Assembly (NCBI GenBank): GCA_964455855.1
Contig: CAYVYQ010000002.1
Coordinates: 1 to 45,640 of the forward strand
Source: an uncultured Gammaproteobacteria bacterium
GTDB lineage: Bacteria; Pseudomonadota; Gammaproteobacteria; Magnimaribacterales; D2472
Reading direction: 5' to 3'
DNA: 45,640 nucleotides
Shown here: piece by piece, positions 1-9,222 of the stretch
How the letters are laid out: each line of letters starts with the position of its first letter
Position numbering within the stretch: the stretch's first letter is position 1
The notes under the pieces: generated by a model
What the model was told of the DNA's origin: nothing
The model's input: the letters and a program-made list of their open reading frames with translations, nothing else
Database searches by the model: none
Program-made: the position numbers and the translations under genes

Positions 1-51
1 ACCATGCATGAGTAGGGTAAATAGATTAAAATCGAGGATTGGCTAAAAGAA

Positions 52-126
52 TGGCTCCCTGACGTGGGATCGAACCACGGACCAATTGATTAACAGTCAA
101 CTGCTCTACCGCTGAGCTATCAGGGA
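52..126 (-). tRNA. tRNA-Asn (anticodon GTT)
   Basis: The reverse complement folds as a cloverleaf. Acceptor TCCCTGA/TCAGGGA, D stem GCTC/GAGC, anticodon stem GTTGA/TCAAT with loop CTGTTAA (anticodon GTT), T arm CGTGG-TTCGATC-CCACG, discriminator G and an encoded CCA. Confidence 0.93.
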
Positions 127-172
127 ACAAGTTGAGAATTATAAATTAAAATTCATAAAGTAAAACAAGATA

Positions 173-2182
173 ATGACAAAAAATTTAACCGTTACATCTC
201 CGTTTGAGCCTGCAGGGAGTCAACCAAAAGCAATAGAAACTCTGGTTAATGGTTTAAATGATGGGTTATTACATCAAGTTTTACTTGGTGTAACAGGTTC
301 GGGCAAGACTTACACAATGGCTAAAATTATTGAATCAACTCAAAGGCCTGCGGTAGTTATGGCCCCTAATAAGACCTTAGCAGCTCAATTATATGGAGAG
401 CTTAAAGATTTCTTTCCTAAAAATTCCGTTGAATACTTTGTTTCTTATTATGATTACTATCAGCCTGAAGCCTATGTGCCAACTTCAGATACTTACATCG
501 CTAAAGATGCATCTGTGAATGAGCATATTGAACAAATGCGTCTTTCTGCAACCAAAGCATTGCTCGAACGAAATGATACTATTGTTGTTGCTACTGTATC
601 AGCAATATATGGCTTAGGCGCTCCTGAATCCTACCTAAATATGATCCTCCATTTAGATAGAGGTGAAACAATCGATCAAAGAACTATTTTGCGTCGCTTA
701 TCTTCGATGCAATATACCCGAAATGATATTGATTTTAGGCGTGCAACTTTTAGGGTTAGAGGTGATGTAATTGATATTTACCCCGCTGATTCAGATAGAG
801 ATGCTCTGAGAATTGAATTATTTGGAGATGAAGTAGAGCGTCTATTATGGATTGATCCATTAACTGGAGAAGTCATTAATGAAACTCCTCGAGCGACGGT
901 TTATCCAAAAACGCATTACGTGACACCAAAAGAGACGGTCCTAGATTGCCTTAAAACCGTTCGGGAGGAGTTGAAAGAAAGAATTAAATTCTTACAAGCA
1001 AATAATAAATTGGTTGAGGCTCAAAGATTGCAAGAGAGAACAACTTACGATTTAGAAATGATGCAAGAGCTTGGTTATTGTCAAGGCATCGAGAATTATT
1101 CACGCTATCTTTCAGGTCGCAATCCAGGCGAGCCACCCCCATGTCTTTTTGATTATTTGCCTAAAAATGCAATAGTCTTTATGGATGAGTCGCATGTTTC
1201 AGTTCCTCAAATTGGAGGGATGTACAAAGGCGACCGATCACGAAAGGAAACACTGGTTGATTATGGGTTTAGATTGCCATCCGCTTTAGATAACCGCCCA
1301 CTCAGGTTTGAAGAATGGGAGGATGTAACACCTCAAAAAATATACGTTTCTGCCACTCCTGGTAAGTATGAATTAGAGCATTGTGACAATATGGCAGAGC
1401 TATTGGTTAGACCAACTGGATTGATTGATCCAGAGATTGAAATTAGACCTGCAACCTCTCAAATTGATGATGTAATTGGTGAATGCAATGAAAGAGCTGC
1501 TCTGAAAGAAAGGGTTTTAATAACGACTTTAACCAAACGCATGGCCGAAGATTTAACAGACTATTTAGAAGAAAATGGAATTAGAACGCGCTACATGCAT
1601 TCTGATGTAGATACGGTAGAGAGAACTGAAATTATTAGAGATCTAAGGTTGGGTCATTTTGATGTTTTGGTTGGAATTAATTTATTAAGGGAAGGTTTAG
1701 ATATTCCTGAGGTTAGCTTGGTTGCAATCTTAGATGCCGATAAAGAGGGTTTTTTACGATCAGAGGTTACTCTTATTCAAACTGTTGGACGAGCGGCAAG
1801 AAATATTCGTGGAAAGGCAATTTTGTATGCTGATAAGATCACAGGCTCCATGCAAAGGGCCATGGATGAGATGTCTAGAAGAAGAGACATTCAAGTCAAA
1901 TACAATAAAGAGAATGGCATCACCCCAACATCAATTGTTAAAGATATCAAAGATATCATGGAGGGGGCTCGAGTCACCAAGCAGTCAAAGAAAACAAAAC
2001 CTCAGCACTTTGAAAAAGAACTACCCTTTAAAATTAATAGTGAAACACCAGACAAGATCTCAATATCAATTACCAAGCTAGAAGAGCAGATGTATATTTA
2101 TGCAAAAGAAACTGAGTATGAAAAAGCTGCATTTTGCAGGGATCAAATTAAAAATCTTAAATGGCAACTTCTTAATTCTTGA
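173..2182 (+). CDS. uvrB: Excinuclease ABC subunit B (UvrB)
   Basis: 669-aa ORF with Walker A GVTGSGKT, the [10 protein letters not shown] beta-hairpin region, helicase motifs ([27 protein letters not shown]) and a C-terminal UVR motif ([14 protein letters not shown]). Confidence 0.97.
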   Translation: MTKNLTVTSPFEPAGSQPKAIETLVNGLNDGLLHQVLLGVTGSGKTYTMAKIIESTQRPAVVMAPNKTLAAQLYGELKDFFPKNSVEYFVSYYDYYQPEAYVPTSDTYIAKDASVNEHIEQMRLSATKALLERNDTIVVATVSAIYGLGAPESYLNMILHLDRGETIDQRTILRRLSSMQYTRNDIDFRRATFRVRGDVIDIYPADSDRDALRIELFGDEVERLLWIDPLTGEVINETPRATVYPKTHYVTPKETVLDCLKTVREELKERIKFLQANNKLVEAQRLQERTTYDLEMMQELGYCQGIENYSRYLSGRNPGEPPPCLFDYLPKNAIVFMDESHVSVPQIGGMYKGDRSRKETLVDYGFRLPSALDNRPLRFEEWEDVTPQKIYVSATPGKYELEHCDNMAELLVRPTGLIDPEIEIRPATSQIDDVIGECNERAALKERVLITTLTKRMAEDLTDYLEENGIRTRYMHSDVDTVERTEIIRDLRLGHFDVLVGINLLREGLDIPEVSLVAILDADKEGFLRSEVTLIQTVGRAARNIRGKAILYADKITGSMQRAMDEMSRRRDIQVKYNKENGITPTSIVKDIKDIMEGARVTKQSKKTKPQHFEKELPFKINSETPDKISISITKLEEQMYIYAKETEYEKAAFCRDQIKNLKWQLLNS

Positions 2183-2184
2183 TG

Positions 2185-2904
2185 CTAATTTTCTTCGCAA
2201 TTTTGAGCTAACAAAAGATAATAATAATCCCTAACTCTTTCTACAAAATCAACGGTTTGTTGGCCTCTTGAATAATTCTCTGAATCCATTGAGGTCTTCA
2301 AATTAAGCAAATACTCTTCTAGATCTAACCAAGTTACCTCAACAGTTTTTTTATTTATAGCATCGATAGCATTTTTTACATTGGTAGTGCCTAAATTATA
2401 TGACGCTAATACAAAAGCAATTTTGTCGCCAGAGGACGTTCCAAAGTTTGTGCTTGCTTTTAGATCTGAGAGGTATTGCGCGCCTCCATATATACTTTGA
2501 ATCGGGTCAAGTCTATTTGTGACACCCACAGATGCCGCAGTAGGAAGTGTTAACATCATCATGCCTTTAACTTGCGTTGCTGAGCGTGCTTTTGGATTCC
2601 ATTGAGATTCTTGAAATGCAACAGCAGCTAGGAGCTCCCATTCAATATCAAATGTTTGCGCAGCCTCAACAAAATCACCCTTAAATTTTAGAAATCTTGA
2701 TTTTTTTAGCTCATCAAATTTCTTTTTCTCAAAATCACTTAGCCTTGAGAAGGAATATAATTTTTCGTTAATAAGATTGCAGTAAACTGCTACTGGTGTA
2801 TTTATAGGCTCCTTTGTGCAAGCATAAAGACCAGACATTAGGATGAAAATTGTTAAGTTTTTTGCAAGGAATTGCATTGTTTTTATTTTTTTAATTTTAA
2901 ACAT
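2185..2904 (-). CDS. SLT-domain lytic murein transglycosylase, probable lipoprotein
   Basis: N-terminal signal with lipobox (SGLYAC). SLT catalytic region AFQESQWNPKARSATQVKGMMMLT followed by YNLG. Convergent with uvrB, only 2 nt between the stops. Confidence 0.8.
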   Translation of the reverse strand: MFKIKKIKTMQFLAKNLTIFILMSGLYACTKEPINTPVAVYCNLINEKLYSFSRLSDFEKKKFDELKKSRFLKFKGDFVEAAQTFDIEWELLAAVAFQESQWNPKARSATQVKGMMMLTLPTAASVGVTNRLDPIQSIYGGAQYLSDLKASTNFGTSSGDKIAFVLASYNLGTTNVKNAIDAINKKTVEVTWLDLEEYLLNLKTSMDSENYSRGQQTVDFVERVRDYYYLLLAQNCEEN

Positions 2905-2943
2905 CCTTATAATTAATTATTACAATATTTTACTAGAGAGCTA

Positions 2944-5900
2944 GTGTCAAAAAATCTTAACTTGCTACTTCAAGGCCCCTCTAGTTTTTCGCCGTCTAAA
3001 ATTTCATCTCTCAGCGCAGATATCAAGCTCATTAATAATAATTCTTCTATTGAGCTGAATAGTTTTGAATTTTACTCAGTAGATGTAAGTCAAGGTTTTG
3101 ATGATCATGCGAAACTATTTGAGTTATTAAGAGCAGATGAGCCTCATGAGCTTCCTAGTTTTTTTATTGGTCCAAGGTCTGGAACTCTTAGCCCATGGGC
3201 GTCTAAGACAAGCGAAATAATTACCAATGTTGGTATTGAAGGAGTCTTAAGTCTTGAAAAGTATTTTGGCTATTTTATTAATGAAAATATCCATGTTAAA
3301 GATTTAGATTTGTCATGTTTATTTGATCGAATGACTCAAGAGGTTTTTATGAGCGAAAAGGATATTGCATCACTTGGCGCCGCTCCAAAAAGAAAACCTT
3401 TAATACATATTGATACTTCTATATCCGCTAGTGATCCTTTATTTAAAGCAAATCAGGATTTGGGTTTAGCATTATCTGATGAAGAAATTAACTACTTAGT
3501 AGATTTCTATTCATCGGCTGAACGTAATCCCACTGACGCCGAGCTTATGATGTTTGCACAGGCTAACTCAGAGCATTGCAGACATAAAATATTTAACGCT
3601 GCTTGGGTATTAGGTTCTGCGGTTCAAGAAGAATCTTTATTTGATCTTATTAAAAAGACAAGCAAAGGCAATAAACCAGACTTAATTTCAGCCTATAAGG
3701 ATAATGCTGCTGTTATTGCAGGAGTTGACGTAATGACGCTCAATAGAAATTTAAAAAATAATTACAGCTTTTCCTCTGAAAAAATAAACTCAACTTTAAA
3801 AGTTGAAACACATAATCATCCTACTGCCATTTCTCCATTTCCTGGAGCAGCTACTGGATCTGGGGGAGAGATAAGAGATGAGGGAGCCACAGGTTCTGGT
3901 GCAAAACCTAAAATGGGATTGGTGGGATTTAATGTTTCCAACCTTAGATTAAAAGACTTCCCCCGTGCTTGGGAAGGGATTTCATATAAGCCTTCAAGAA
4001 TTGCTTCACCACTTCAAATCATGACAGAAGGACCAATTGGCGCCGCTGCATTTAACAATGAATTTGGTCGACCAAGTACTGTCGGTTACTTTAGAGTCTT
4101 TGAACAGCCCTTTGTTCACAATCAGGCTTACGGATATCACAAGCCAATTATGCTGGCCGGCGGTATTGGAGAGGTAAAAGATAGAAATAGCATTAAAAAT
4201 CCTATTGAAGCCAATGATTTGGTAGTTGTTTTGGGTGGTCCCTCAATGCTTATAGGATTAGGTGGCGGGGCTGCTTCATCTATGTCATCTGGGGAAAGTG
4301 ATGAAGATTTAGATTTTGCTTCTGTGCAAAGAGAAAATGCTGAAATGGAAAGAAGATGCCAAGAAGTTATCAACCAATGCGCATTTGAATCTCCTAATCT
4401 TATTGAATTTATTCATGATGTTGGTGCTGGTGGACTTTCAAATGCAATTCCAGAATTAGCTAAAGACTGCAATTTAGGTGTTGCCATAGACTTGAGTAAG
4501 ATACCTGTTGCTGACCTTAGCCTTTCCCCAATGGAAGTTTGGTCCAATGAGTCTCAAGAGCGATACGTTTTAGCAATTAAAAAATCTAATAAAGATATAT
4601 TTGAAAATATATGTCGACGTGAGAGATGCCCTGTTGCTTTTGTTGGGCAAACAACCTTATCTAATGCAGTAGAGGTTTATGACCCCGAGAGAGATGAATA
4701 TCCTGTGCAAGTTCCTTTATCAATGTTATTTGGTGATTTGCCTATTTCAAATATGGTCCTTGATAATCCAAAAATTAACCAAGCAACTGACTCTTACAAT
4801 TATGATTTAGATTTACCTGAGTTAATTCAGAGAGTGCTGTCGCATCCATCTGTAGCTTCAAAATCTTTTTTAATTACTATTGGTGATAGAACGGTTGGCG
4901 GGCTGGTTGCTCGAGATCAGTTGGTGGGCAGATATCAAGTGCCTACTTCAAATTATGCAATGTCTACTAAATCATTTCTTAGCAATGAAGGAGATGCTTT
5001 ATCAATTGGAGAAAAGCCAACGCTAGCAGTTAAAAACCCAGCAGCCTCACTAAGAATGGCTTTGGCTGAAGCATTAATGAACTTATGCTCTGTTCCGATT
5101 AAGAGTTTGGATCTGGTAAGGTTGTCTGCAAATTGGATGGCTGCATGTGGAGACGAAGAGGATAATTATGCTTTACTTTTGGGGGTTGAGGCATTATCAA
5201 ACATGTGTATTGAGCTCGGTGTAGCTATACCAGTCGGCAAAGATTCTTTATCTATGAGAACCAAATGGAATGAAGGTGACGAAGAGTATGAGGTTAAGAG
5301 CCCTTTGTCTGGTGTTATTACTGCCATGGCTCCAGTTGAAGATGTTTCATTAGGAGTGACCACTGAATTTAAAGAGAGCGGTTCACAAAATTTATACCAT
5401 TTATTTTTAAATAACCAATGTAGATTGGGTGGTTCAATCCTTGAAGAGGTTACCTCCTCAAGCATTCAAGAGGTTCCTGATATTGATGATGTTGAATTAT
5501 TTAACAACCTCTTCCATTCAATTCAAGAGTTGATTGTGCGAGGCTGGATCGTTGCATTGCATGATGTTTCTGATGGAGGATTATTTACCACCATCACAGA
5601 ACTATCTTTTACCAATAAGTTAGGGATAGAAATATTTATTCCAGAGAACTTTCAAAAGAAGAGCATGATTCAATATCTCTTCGCCGAAGAAACAGGGGTA
5701 GTCATTCAGTTTCAAAGTGAATTTGAGATTGACGCCCTTGAGTTTTTAAAACAAAACAATATTCAATATCGAAAATGCGCTACTCATAGATCTGATGCGC
5801 AGGTGGTAATTTCATCAAACCATAATATTGAATTTTCTCAGTCAGTAGTCAATTTAGAGAAAATCTGGAGCGAAACTTCCTACTCAATTAAGTCCAGTAG

Positions 5901-6798
5901 AGATAATCCAGTTAGCGCAAAAGAGGAGCATGATTTAATTGAAAGGTTTGATGATCAGGGGTTAGTGGCTATAGATAATTTTCAATTTTCTGATCAATTG
6001 CCGGCATTCAATAAAAATTTAAGGCCCAAGGTAGCAATTTTTAGAGAGCAAGGAGTTAATGGTCAAAATGAAATGGCTGCTGCTTTTATGTTAGCCGGGT
6101 TTGAGGCTTTAGATGTTCATATGCAAGATTTGCTTGATAATCCCAGTTTGTTATTAGAATTTCAGGGTTTGGCAGCCTGCGGTGGCTTCTCTTATGGTGA
6201 TGTGCTTGGAGCTGGAGGCGGTTGGTCTTCAAGTATCAGCTATAACAATGCAGTTAGAGAATCATTTGAACACTTTTTTAATCGAGCCGAAACCTTTACC
6301 TTTGGTGTGTGCAATGGTTGTCAAATGTTATCCAATTTAAAGGATTTAATACCTGGTGCTGAAGATTGGCCTGAGTTTTTGTGGAATGAATCAGATCAAT
6401 TTGAAGCACGTTTATCTCAAGTTACTATTACCCAATCTCAGTCAGTCTTATTGGATGGTATGGAAGGATGGCAAATTCCCGTGGCTGTTGCACATGGAGA
6501 GGGTCGAGCATCATTTAAAGAGGGAACTTTACAGAGCCTTTCAAAACATAATCAGGTAGCCGTTCAATTTACTGATAATAAGGGAGCTGTGGCTTCATCG
6601 TATCCATTGAACCCAAATGGATCTCCTGAGGGTATTACTGGTCTTACATCCAGGGATGGTAGAGCAACCATCATGATGCCTCATCCAGAAAGAGTGTTTA
6701 GATCTCAGCAGTTATCTTGGAAGCCATCAGATTGGATGGAGTATTCTCCCTGGATGCAAATCTTTTTAAATGCTTATAAATTCACCCAAGAATCATAA
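2944..6798 (+). CDS. purL: Phosphoribosylformylglycinamidine synthase, single-chain large form (PurL)
   Basis: 1284-aa ORF with GTG start. AIR-synthase-like repeats (ETHNHPTAISPFPGAATGSGGEIRDE) and a C-terminal glutamine amidotransferase domain (GVCNGCQM, MPHPER). Confidence 0.97.
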   Translation: MSKNLNLLLQGPSSFSPSKISSLSADIKLINNNSSIELNSFEFYSVDVSQGFDDHAKLFELLRADEPHELPSFFIGPRSGTLSPWASKTSEIITNVGIEGVLSLEKYFGYFINENIHVKDLDLSCLFDRMTQEVFMSEKDIASLGAAPKRKPLIHIDTSISASDPLFKANQDLGLALSDEEINYLVDFYSSAERNPTDAELMMFAQANSEHCRHKIFNAAWVLGSAVQEESLFDLIKKTSKGNKPDLISAYKDNAAVIAGVDVMTLNRNLKNNYSFSSEKINSTLKVETHNHPTAISPFPGAATGSGGEIRDEGATGSGAKPKMGLVGFNVSNLRLKDFPRAWEGISYKPSRIASPLQIMTEGPIGAAAFNNEFGRPSTVGYFRVFEQPFVHNQAYGYHKPIMLAGGIGEVKDRNSIKNPIEANDLVVVLGGPSMLIGLGGGAASSMSSGESDEDLDFASVQRENAEMERRCQEVINQCAFESPNLIEFIHDVGAGGLSNAIPELAKDCNLGVAIDLSKIPVADLSLSPMEVWSNESQERYVLAIKKSNKDIFENICRRERCPVAFVGQTTLSNAVEVYDPERDEYPVQVPLSMLFGDLPISNMVLDNPKINQATDSYNYDLDLPELIQRVLSHPSVASKSFLITIGDRTVGGLVARDQLVGRYQVPTSNYAMSTKSFLSNEGDALSIGEKPTLAVKNPAASLRMALAEALMNLCSVPIKSLDLVRLSANWMAACGDEEDNYALLLGVEALSNMCIELGVAIPVGKDSLSMRTKWNEGDEEYEVKSPLSGVITAMAPVEDVSLGVTTEFKESGSQNLYHLFLNNQCRLGGSILEEVTSSSIQEVPDIDDVELFNNLFHSIQELIVRGWIVALHDVSDGGLFTTITELSFTNKLGIEIFIPENFQKKSMIQYLFAEETGVVIQFQSEFEIDALEFLKQNNIQYRKCATHRSDAQVVISSNHNIEFSQSVVNLEKIWSETSYSIKSSRDNPVSAKEEHDLIERFDDQGLVAIDNFQFSDQLPAFNKNLRPKVAIFREQGVNGQNEMAAAFMLAGFEALDVHMQDLLDNPSLLLEFQGLAACGGFSYGDVLGAGGGWSSSISYNNAVRESFEHFFNRAETFTFGVCNGCQMLSNLKDLIPGAEDWPEFLWNESDQFEARLSQVTITQSQSVLLDGMEGWQIPVAVAHGEGRASFKEGTLQSLSKHNQVAVQFTDNKGAVASSYPLNPNGSPEGITGLTSRDGRATIMMPHPERVFRSQQLSWKPSDWMEYSPWMQIFLNAYKFTQES

Positions 6799-6810
6799 AT
6801 TTTTTCTTAA

Positions 6811-7347
6811 TTACCAAAGTTTTAGGGCCTCCTCTCTAAAGGGGAAGTTACCCGAATCCATATCATCAAAATAATATTTCAATGTTTTGGTGACTGTTGG
6901 AAATGCAATTTCATCCCAAGGAATTTCTTCTTGAGTAAATAGTTTTACTTCAGAGCTTTCTGCAGTAGGGCCAAATTTTTCATTGCCCAATTGAGCTAAA
7001 TAAAAAAAGTGGACTTGACTGATATGAGTCAAGCTAAATGCCGTATAAGGGGCAATGATTTTTGGTGATGCCTGAGTCTCTTCTTTCGTTTCTCTAAGCG
7101 CTCCCTCCTGAAGAGTTTCTGCATTCTCCATAAAACCAGCAGGCAATGTCCAACGACCAAAGCGAGGTTCTATATTTCTTTTGCATAAAAGCACTTGCTC
7201 ATCTTTGATGCATATGGTCCCGACAATGAGATTGGGATTAGTGTAAAAAATTGAGTCACAAGCAGAGCAAATATACCGCTTTAAATTATCATCAGCTGGA
7301 ACTTTAAAATCAATTTGATCGCTTCCGCATTTTGAACAATATCTCAA
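6811..7347 (-). CDS. Nudix hydrolase with N-terminal zinc ribbon
   Basis: CxxC...CxxC (CSKCGS / CSACDS) N-terminal ribbon and a Nudix box GFMENAETLQEGALRETKEETQA. TTG start, preceded 4 nt upstream by AAGGAG on the minus strand (7352-7357). Confidence 0.85.
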   Translation of the reverse strand: MRYCSKCGSDQIDFKVPADDNLKRYICSACDSIFYTNPNLIVGTICIKDEQVLLCKRNIEPRFGRWTLPAGFMENAETLQEGALRETKEETQASPKIIAPYTAFSLTHISQVHFFYLAQLGNEKFGPTAESSEVKLFTQEEIPWDEIAFPTVTKTLKYYFDDMDSGNFPFREEALKLW

Positions 7348-7375
7348 AAGTGCTCCTTTCCTAGAGAATTAAATG

Positions 7376-7397
7376 GCGTAAGAAGTTAAACTTACGC
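7376..7397. repeat. Perfect 7-bp inverted repeat GCGTAAG-N8-CTTACGC in a divergent Nudix intergenic region
   Basis: Read directly. It ends 1 nt before the ATG at 7399, inside a 51-nt divergent intergenic region. Confidence 0.6.
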
Positions 7398-7398
7398 A

Positions 7399-7977
7399 AT
7401 GATTGAAGACATCAAGTATAAACTAAATTTAAATAATTCTGAAAAGCCAAGCGGCAGACCTCAAGCCTCTGTATTAATAGCTATTTTAAATTATGGTGAA
7501 TTTATTGAATCTCCTGAATTAATTTACACACAACGCTCCAGTCATCTTTCAACTCATTCTGGTGAAGTGAGTTTTCCTGGAGGCAAAGCAGATAAAACAG
7601 ATCCAAATCTTTTTGGAACAGCCTTGAGAGAATCTAATGAAGAAATAAGCCTTAATAGCAAGGATGTTACTGAATTAGGGAAATTAAATTATTTAATCTC
7701 CCGTCATAAGATAGAGGTTAATCCATTTGTGGCTTCAGTTGATCAGCCTCAAACCTTTGAGCCCAATGAGGAGATTCAAGAGATATTTACTGTCCCGCTC
7801 AATTTTTTACTTGATTCAAGAAACATACAAAGGGAAAGCATTGAAAGACAAGGTAGTGTTTGGCAAGTGCCAACTTGGAACATCAAGAATCAAAAAATAT
7901 GGGGTCTAACCGCAATGATTACCGTAAACTTTTTAAATGTATGTTTTGATGCGAATATAGAGATTCTAGAGGGTTAA
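7399..7977 (+). CDS. Nudix hydrolase, CoA pyrophosphatase-like (NudL family)
   Basis: Nudix box FPGGKADKTDPNLFGTALRESNEEISL. Length and N-terminal region are typical of the CoA pyrophosphatase subgroup. Confidence 0.75.
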   Translation: MIEDIKYKLNLNNSEKPSGRPQASVLIAILNYGEFIESPELIYTQRSSHLSTHSGEVSFPGGKADKTDPNLFGTALRESNEEISLNSKDVTELGKLNYLISRHKIEVNPFVASVDQPQTFEPNEEIQEIFTVPLNFLLDSRNIQRESIERQGSVWQVPTWNIKNQKIWGLTAMITVNFLNVCFDANIEILEG

Positions 7978-7982
7978 TTGAA

Positions 7983-8498
7983 ATGATAATTGATATTAAT
8001 AATAAAACTTTAAGCACTGAAAATGATGATTTTTGGATAGCTCCAGATGCAACAGTTATTGGAGATGTGCAAATGGCAAAAGATTCAAGTGTTTGGTTCC
8101 ATTGCACTCTTAGAGGAGATAATGAGCCAATTATTTTAGGTGAAGGTACGAATATCCAGGATAATTCTGTAATACATACTGACCCAGGGTTTGCATGCAC
8201 AATAGGTAAGTTTGTTACGGTTGGGCACATGGCAATGCTGCATGGATGTGAAATTGGCGATGGCACCCTTATTGGTATTGGTGCGGTGATTCTTAATGGA
8301 GCAAAAATAGGAAAAAATTGCATCATAGGAGCAAAGGCACTGGTTACAGAGGGCATGGAAGTGCCTGATGGGTCAATGGTATTGGGTGTTCCAGCTAAAA
8401 TTAAAAAAGAGCTTACTCTTGAAGAACAAGCCATTCCCTCCTTAAATGCCCATCATTACATTGAAAACTATAAAAGATATAAGGCCGAGCTAGGTTAG
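7983..8498 (+). CDS. Gamma-carbonic-anhydrase-like / hexapeptide-repeat (LbH) protein
   Basis: 171 aa with left-handed beta-helix hexapeptide repeats and the YrdA/PaaY-like pattern (FIAPDATVIGDV-like start, NIQDNSVIHTD, VTVGHMAMLHGC). Confidence 0.85.
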   Translation: MIIDINNKTLSTENDDFWIAPDATVIGDVQMAKDSSVWFHCTLRGDNEPIILGEGTNIQDNSVIHTDPGFACTIGKFVTVGHMAMLHGCEIGDGTLIGIGAVILNGAKIGKNCIIGAKALVTEGMEVPDGSMVLGVPAKIKKELTLEEQAIPSLNAHHYIENYKRYKAELG

Positions 8499-8502
8499 CT
8501 AA

Positions 8503-9222
8503 ATGTCAGGAAGAATAGTAAATTATTTTCATGAGTCAACAGAGTGTGAGGGATATCTCTCCATCCCTGAATCTTCTCTGCCTGCGCCTTTGGTTTTGGT
8601 TGCTCATACTTGGAAAGGCAGATCTGAGTTTGAAGATCATAAAGTGGTGGCGCTAAATAATTTAGGTTATGCAGCTTTATCAATCGATATTTTTGGTGGG
8701 GGTATTAATGGCACCAGTGTTGAGGAGAATCAAGCTTTAATTACGCCCTTTGTTCAAGATAGGCAGCTATTTAGACAACGTCTCATAAGCGCAGTTGAGT
8801 TTGGCAAAACCATTGATGGTGTTGATGCATCAAAAATAGCATTGATAGGTTTTTGTTTTGGTGGTCTTGCTGCCATAGAGCTCGCTCGCTCAGGGTATCA
8901 GCTCTCAGGCTGCGTTAGTTTTCATGGGCTTTTAAATCAATCCGATGAACCCTTTCAAAAGGTAAACACTAAATTATTGGTTTTACATGGAGATAAAGAT
9001 CCCATGGTTTCCTCGGATCAGATACTGGCTTTGCAGAATGAAATGACAGAATCAGAGGCTGATTGGCAATTTGTAAGCTATGGCAATACATACCACGCAT
9101 TTACGAATCCTGCAGCTAACGATATTGAAATGGGAACAGTTTATAATCATGATAGTGATATGAGATCGTGGACCGCAATGTCTAATTTTTTAGAGGAAAT
9201 TTTTAGCAATGTTAACAAGTGA
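8503..9222 (+). CDS. Dienelactone hydrolase family protein
   Basis: Alpha/beta hydrolase with nucleophile motif GFCFGG, then HGDKDP and a C-terminal His (YHAF). The 3' end overlaps the alaS start by 14 nt. Confidence 0.8.
   Translation: MSGRIVNYFHESTECEGYLSIPESSLPAPLVLVAHTWKGRSEFEDHKVVALNNLGYAALSIDIFGGGINGTSVEENQALITPFVQDRQLFRQRLISAVEFGKTIDGVDASKIALIGFCFGGLAAIELARSGYQLSGCVSFHGLLNQSDEPFQKVNTKLLVLHGDKDPMVSSDQILALQNEMTESEADWQFVSYGNTYHAFTNPAANDIEMGTVYNHDSDMRSWTAMSNFLEEIFSNVNK

Noticed and set aside
1734-2081. 115-aa plus-strand ORF in an alternative frame inside uvrB. The same applies to the other short internal or antisense ORFs in the track: 4137-4373, 5166-5465, 6356-6559, 7727-7909, 8495-8683, 9314-9529, 11017-11298, 11582-11767, 11776-12042, 12676-12903, 13427-13630, 15759-16055, 17300-17542, 18586-18780, 20426-20623, 20830-21027, 21664-21855, 23049-23258, 24269-24454, 25282-25479, 26062-26325, 26969-27151, 28000-28251, 29964-30200, 30512-30700, 30884-31108, 31603-31857, 31847-32038, 32114-32470, 32475-32681, 34564-34782, 34981-35202, 36847-37038, 40362-40571, 41921-42112, 43077-43328, 44044-44286, 44311-44532 and 45133-45327.
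   Set aside because: All are nested in or antisense to long CDSs with clear family motifs. All are short and compositionally odd, and none has a recognisable domain. I treat them as chance ORFs.
7919-8434. 171-aa minus-strand ORF covering almost the whole hexapeptide-repeat gene
   Set aside because: It lies antisense to a well-supported LbH/gamma-CA-like CDS. The product is low-complexity and Ser/Pro/Ile-rich with no motif. It is a typical shadow ORF of a repeat-containing gene.
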